Source of the DNA: an uncultured Candidatus Saccharibacteria bacterium
Lineage (GTDB): Bacteria; Patescibacteriota; Andersenbacteria; UBA10190
Reading direction: 5' to 3'
Length of the DNA stretch: 43,660 nt
Assembly: GCA_964374055.1 (NCBI GenBank)
Contig: CAYJWZ010000001.1
Location: forward strand, 1 to 43,660
Positions within the stretch are counted from its first letter, which is position 1. Each line of letters begins with the position of its first letter. Positions 40,126-43,660 of the stretch are shown here, one piece after another. Under the pieces are notes generated by a model. That model saw only the letters and a list, made by a program, of their open reading frames with translations, had not been told where the DNA came from and ran no database searches. A program made the translations under genes and the position numbers.

Positions 40126-41423
40126 ACCACCGTGTCCTCTTGGGTAAAACTACCTTTCGTAATGAAGAATATAACGTCTCACTCAGCCCGTCGGATCGGC
40201 TGCGGCATGTCTACCTCATCGGCAAAACCGGCACCGGAAAATCTACCCTGTACCAAAACATGATGCGCCAGGATATCTTGGCCGGTGCCGGCTGCTGTTT
40301 CGTGGACCCCCACGGCGAAGCCATTGACTGGCTGCTCGGAACTATCCCGCCGCACCGTCTCGAAGACGTGGTTGTGTTTGATCCCTCCGACACCGACTGG
40401 CCGCTCAGCCTCAATTTGCTGGAGTGGCATACTCCCACTGAAAAAGATTTTCTGGTCGCTGAAGCCATTGAAATTTTCTACAAACTATTTGATCCGGAAA
40501 AAACCGGCGTCATCGGGCCGCAATTTGAGCACTGGATGCGCAACGCCGCGCTCACGGTGATGGCCGATCCCGACGGCGGTACGTTGATTGAGATCCCGCG
40601 TTTGTTTACCGACCCGGCCTTTGAAGTGAAAAAACGCCGTTTCGTGACTGATCCGGTCGTCAAAGCCTTCTGGGAACAACAAATGACAAAAACCTCCGCT
40701 TTTCATCGTTCCGAAATGCTGAATTACTTCACTTCCAAATTTGGCCGCTTTACGACCAACAGCTTAATGCGTAATATTATTGGCCAGCGCCAGAGCACTA
40801 TTTCACTGGCCGATGCCCTGGAACAGCAAAAAATTGTGCTGGTCAACTTATCGAAAGGTGAAATCGGCGAGACCAACGCTTTTATGCTCGGCCTTATTCT
40901 CATGACGAAACTCCAGATGGCCGTCATGAAGCGGGCCTCGGTACCAGTCGAAGAACGCACCCCCTTCTATCTCTATGTCGATGAGTTCCATAATGTCATG
41001 ACTGATGCCTTTATTGACATGCTATCCGAGGCGCGTAAATATGGCCTGGCCGTACACCTGGCCAATCAATATATTACTCAGCTCACCGAATCAGTCCGCA
41101 ATGCCGTACTGGGTAACGCCGGTACCCTCATCGCCTTTCAAGTCGGCGCCCAGGATACCGCCGTGCTGCTCCGCGAATTTGATACCCAGCAAGGCAAGCG
41201 CCGCTCTGACCAATTAAAAGAAGACGACTTCTTATATTTAGCCCGCCACCATTTCTACATTCGCCCGGTCATTGAAGGCATAACCCGCCAACCGTTTCGC
41301 TGTGTCGGTTTTCCACCCGAAGCGGCCACCGGCAATTTGTCAGCCAATGATGTTCGCACTGTCTCCCGCCTCCGCTTCGGCCTGCCTGTCCGGCAGGCAG
41401 GCCTCCCCAGTGCTATACTATAA
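40122..41423 (+). CDS. Soluble VirD4/TraD/TraG-like (type IV coupling protein-type) P-loop ATPase
   Basis: HVYLIGKTGTGKSTL..FVDPHGE (Walker A context), FYLYVDEFHN (Walker B), EARKYGLAVHLANQYITQL. No N-terminal TM helices. The 3' end runs through a 21-nt palindromic repeat. Confidence 0.65.
   Translation: MNHRVLLGKTTFRNEEYNVSLSPSDRLRHVYLIGKTGTGKSTLYQNMMRQDILAGAGCCFVDPHGEAIDWLLGTIPPHRLEDVVVFDPSDTDWPLSLNLLEWHTPTEKDFLVAEAIEIFYKLFDPEKTGVIGPQFEHWMRNAALTVMADPDGGTLIEIPRLFTDPAFEVKKRRFVTDPVVKAFWEQQMTKTSAFHRSEMLNYFTSKFGRFTTNSLMRNIIGQRQSTISLADALEQQKIVLVNLSKGEIGETNAFMLGLILMTKLQMAVMKRASVPVEERTPFYLYVDEFHNVMTDAFIDMLSEARKYGLAVHLANQYITQLTESVRNAVLGNAGTLIAFQVGAQDTAVLLREFDTQQGKRRSDQLKEDDFLYLARHHFYIRPVIEGITRQPFRCVGFPPEAATGNLSANDVRTVSRLRFGLPVRQAGLPSAIL
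41381..41401. repeat. 21-nt palindrome CCTGCCTGTCCGGCAGGCAGG, copy 1 (inside a CDS 3' end)
   Basis: Identical copy at 42452-42472; encodes LPVRQAG in frame. Confidence 0.85.
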
Positions 41424-41426
41424 AGC

Positions 41427-42383
41427 GTGTCGTCTCCCTCTCATTTCGTCGAGCTTAACAAGGTTGCGGCCGGCTTTAACGCCCCGCCTTCCTTCTTCGC
41501 GCGGCTAAAAGGCACCCGACCTCCTGAACTCAATGTCCTGCGTGACATTAGTTTTAGCCTGCAAGCCGGGGAACAAATAACACTCTTTGGGTTGGAAGCG
41601 GCCGGTAAATCAACCCTGCTCCGCTTATTGGCCGGGGCACTGCGCCCCGCCAAGGGTACTATTCTAATAAACGGCCAAGCGCCACACCGTATACTCCATG
41701 CCGCCGCCGGCTATGTTTCCAGCGAAGAAACTGAACCCAATGGAGAAACCGCCATCCAAATTTTACATGCCTTTGGCAAAACACACGGGCTTACCAACTT
41801 ACCATCCCGCCTTGGTGAACTAACCGAACCACTGAAACTCGCTACTATCCTGCATCGCCCCGTCGGCAGTTTGTCGACTATCGAACGGTTGCGGTTAAAC
41901 GTAGCCAAAGCTGCTTTATCAAAGGCTCCCGTAATCCTATTAGACGATGTCGCTGATGCTCTTGGCCCCGAAGAAGTAAAAAAACTCTGCCGTACTGTGT
42001 TTGATCATCGCACGCTCGTTGTGGCCACGCGCGTTGCCACTACGGCCGATACACTCGCCTTACCGATACTGATATTGGAACATGGTACCCTCGCCCGGCA
42101 CGGCACCATTGCGGAACTAGCCGAAGAAGTAAATTGCCCAACCACCGTTGATATTTATGTTGAGGGACTACGGTACGGCCTATTACGGCAAATCAAAAAT
42201 CATCCCGGCGTGAAGAACGTCCGCCTGCTGCCCAGCACCGATTTTGCCGGCCAGCGTCTGCAAATTCACTTGGCATCCCAACACTACTTGCCTGCCCTCT
42301 ACGACCTCATCACCCAAGCGCCTCTCTTACGTATCGAAGAACACCCCATTTCCCTGGCCGACATCCTCCGGCATCTTTCCTGA
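41427..42383 (+). CDS. ABC-type ATPase with degenerate signature and Walker B motifs (DrrA-like with C-terminal domain)
   Basis: GLEAAGKSTLLRLLAG (Walker A), LSTIERLRL in place of LSGGQ, VILLDDVADAL (DD instead of DE). GTG start 3 nt after the upstream stop. No permease gene on this strand. Confidence 0.6.
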   Translation: MSSPSHFVELNKVAAGFNAPPSFFARLKGTRPPELNVLRDISFSLQAGEQITLFGLEAAGKSTLLRLLAGALRPAKGTILINGQAPHRILHAAAGYVSSEETEPNGETAIQILHAFGKTHGLTNLPSRLGELTEPLKLATILHRPVGSLSTIERLRLNVAKAALSKAPVILLDDVADALGPEEVKKLCRTVFDHRTLVVATRVATTADTLALPILILEHGTLARHGTIAELAEEVNCPTTVDIYVEGLRYGLLRQIKNHPGVKNVRLLPSTDFAGQRLQIHLASQHYLPALYDLITQAPLLRIEEHPISLADILRHLS

Positions 42384-42390
42384 CCCCTTC

Positions 42391-42500
42391 CCCTCTCCCT
42401 GTATAGGGAGAGGGTAGGGTGAGGGCAGTTTCTGATACTCAAACCCTCATCCCTGCCTGTCCGGCAGGCAGGCTGACCTTCTCCCTATCCAGGGAGAAGG
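42391..42500. repeat. Array of four different GC-rich hairpins in a convergent intergenic region
   Basis: CCCTCTCCCT-gtat-AGGGAGAGGG (42391-42414); GGGTGAGGG..CCCTCATCC (42417-42452); CCTGCCTG-tccgg-CAGGCAGG (42452-42472); CCTTCTCCCT-atcc-AGGGAGAAGG (42477-42500). Confidence 0.75.
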
Positions 42501-42509
42501 GATACAAAG

Positions 42510-43436
42510 CTAATTCCGCAAATAGCGCCGAATGCCGATCATGCTGCTGACAACCGCCAGCGCAACGGCTAACAATGTTTGCAAGCCAATGACTTTAGCC
42601 CAGTTAGCCGTCGCATAAGCGTACAGGTTAAACGGCTGCCCGCCCTGGTCAAAGAAAAATCGCTCTATTGGCGCTGAGACGCCCCGCAAGCTGAAATACA
42701 ACAAAGTTGTGGAAATAGCCACCGCCACCAAAGCGACCAGCACGGATTCAACAATAAACGGACCCTGAATGAACCAGTTCCCGGCTCCCACCAGGCGCAT
42801 AATATCAATCTCTTCCCGAAAACTGTAGATAGCCAGCCGCACGGTATTAAACATAATGAGCATCGCCAGCCCGGCAAAGGTCACCGTAATCAGTAACCCG
42901 ATCTGCTTGGTGGCGCCAATGACGCCGATCAGCCGCTCAATAATTGGCCGGGAGTCCTCAAAATTCACCTTATCAACGAACGCCTTATATTTTTCGGCTT
43001 CTAACTGTTTCGAAATCGCCTGATACTGCTGCGGATCTTTGGCCACGATAAACATACTGGCCGGTAACGGGTTGTCTTCCAGCTCCTGCAACGATTCGGC
43101 AATAAACGGATCATCCGTATGACGATCACGGAATTCTTCAAGGGCCTGCTGACTGGTGATCACCCGAACGCTTTCCACGTCCGGCCGGGTTTTAATCTCG
43201 GCCGCAATTGAATTGAGATATTGCTCCGTTACTTTCGGCTTAAACGTCACCGACAAATCAACCTTCTGTTCAATATTATGCAGCACCGCACCGCCTAATA
43301 CTGTCGCAAAGTATAAAAACGTAACCATGAGCAGTGTTATTACCATAATTACGGTCGTGGCAATCGACAACCAAATATTCCGCCAGAAATTGTGCCAGGC
43401 CGCGCGTATAACACGCCAAAAGGAAATACCAATCAT
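42510..43436 (-). CDS. ftsX: Cell-division ABC transporter permease FtsX
   Basis: Typical N-terminus (AWHNFWRNIWLSIATTVIMVITLL), periplasmic domain, three C-terminal TM helices. ATGA overlap with ftsE. Confidence 0.85.
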   Translation of the reverse strand: MIGISFWRVIRAAWHNFWRNIWLSIATTVIMVITLLMVTFLYFATVLGGAVLHNIEQKVDLSVTFKPKVTEQYLNSIAAEIKTRPDVESVRVITSQQALEEFRDRHTDDPFIAESLQELEDNPLPASMFIVAKDPQQYQAISKQLEAEKYKAFVDKVNFEDSRPIIERLIGVIGATKQIGLLITVTFAGLAMLIMFNTVRLAIYSFREEIDIMRLVGAGNWFIQGPFIVESVLVALVAVAISTTLLYFSLRGVSAPIERFFFDQGGQPFNLYAYATANWAKVIGLQTLLAVALAVVSSMIGIRRYLRN

Positions 43437-43660
43437 AGCTTATACGTCCCGCCCTGCTGATCAGCTGCTACCTTTCCCTTAGTAAGCGTAATCACCCGCT
43501 TCTTGAGAGCATTCACAATATCGTCATTATGCGTGGCCAGCAGCACCGTCGTCCCCAGCTTATTAATCTTAATCAACAGCTGTACAATATCCCACGAATG
43601 CAGAGCATCCAGGTTTCCGGTTGGTTCATCGGCCAGTAAAATTTGCGGCTTATAGGCCAG
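43433..43660 (-). CDS. ftsE: Cell-division ATP-binding protein FtsE (C-terminal 75 aa; 5' end lies outside the window)
   Basis: Minus-strand translation LAYKPQILLADEPTGNLD..LLATHN..TLTKGKV (Walker B, D-loop, H-loop); stop overlaps the ftsX ATG. Confidence 0.85.
   Translation of the reverse strand: MAYKPQILLADEPTGNLDALHSWDIVQLLIKINKLGTTVLLATHNDDIVNALKKRVITLTKGKVAADQQGGTYKL

Noticed and set aside
42384-42503. CRISPR-like appearance of closely spaced palindromes
   Set aside because: The four hairpins differ in sequence. There is no constant repeat/spacer periodicity and there are no cas genes.

Overview
This is a 43.7-kb, gene-dense window of roughly 50-55% GC (estimated by eye). It reads like a reduced-genome Patescibacteria/CPR-type bacterium; that placement is inference. 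It rests on an archaeal-type AspRS, a split transketolase next to rpe and rpiB, many small membrane ORFs, and abundant GC-rich hairpin repeats, some of which sit inside coding regions. Housekeeping genes recognised by motif: aspS, an S41 Ctp protease, rplI, pyrG, rpmA, a Trm11-like methyltransferase, an EnvC-like M23 peptidase, gltX, a TagA/WecG-like glycosyltransferase, a LigT-like protein, a degenerate PriA-like protein, a 2-hydroxyacid dehydrogenase, tkt (N and C subunits), rpe, rpiB, a DEAD-box helicase, typA, pcrA/uvrD, a SIMPL protein, yebC, ftsX and a partial ftsE. There are two tRNA genes, tRNA-Gln(CUG) and tRNA-Arg(CCG). Two accessory loci stand out. (1) 22567-25228 is a tightly packed four-gene cassette encoding an E2-like protein, a JAB/JAMM metalloprotease with an exact HxHx7Sx2D motif, a minimal ThiF/E1-like adenylase, and a small protein ending in Gly. 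I read it as a candidate ubiquitin-like conjugation system. It lies in a ~4-kb accessory segment next to tRNA-Gln, together with an orphan sRNA-like unit and a phage-like dNMP kinase. (2) 34638-42383 starts with a cobalamin-riboswitch-like leader whose terminator also sequesters the RBS. Behind it is a translationally coupled operon: a 1120-aa acidic, proline-rich protein carrying a perfect 373-bp in-frame duplication, a truncated Clp-type double AAA+ ATPase, a 70-aa protein, a soluble VirD4/TraD-like ATPase, and a degenerate ABC ATPase. I saw no rRNA, CRISPR array, transposase or integrase. All product calls come from motif recognition by eye; no database search or folding program was run.
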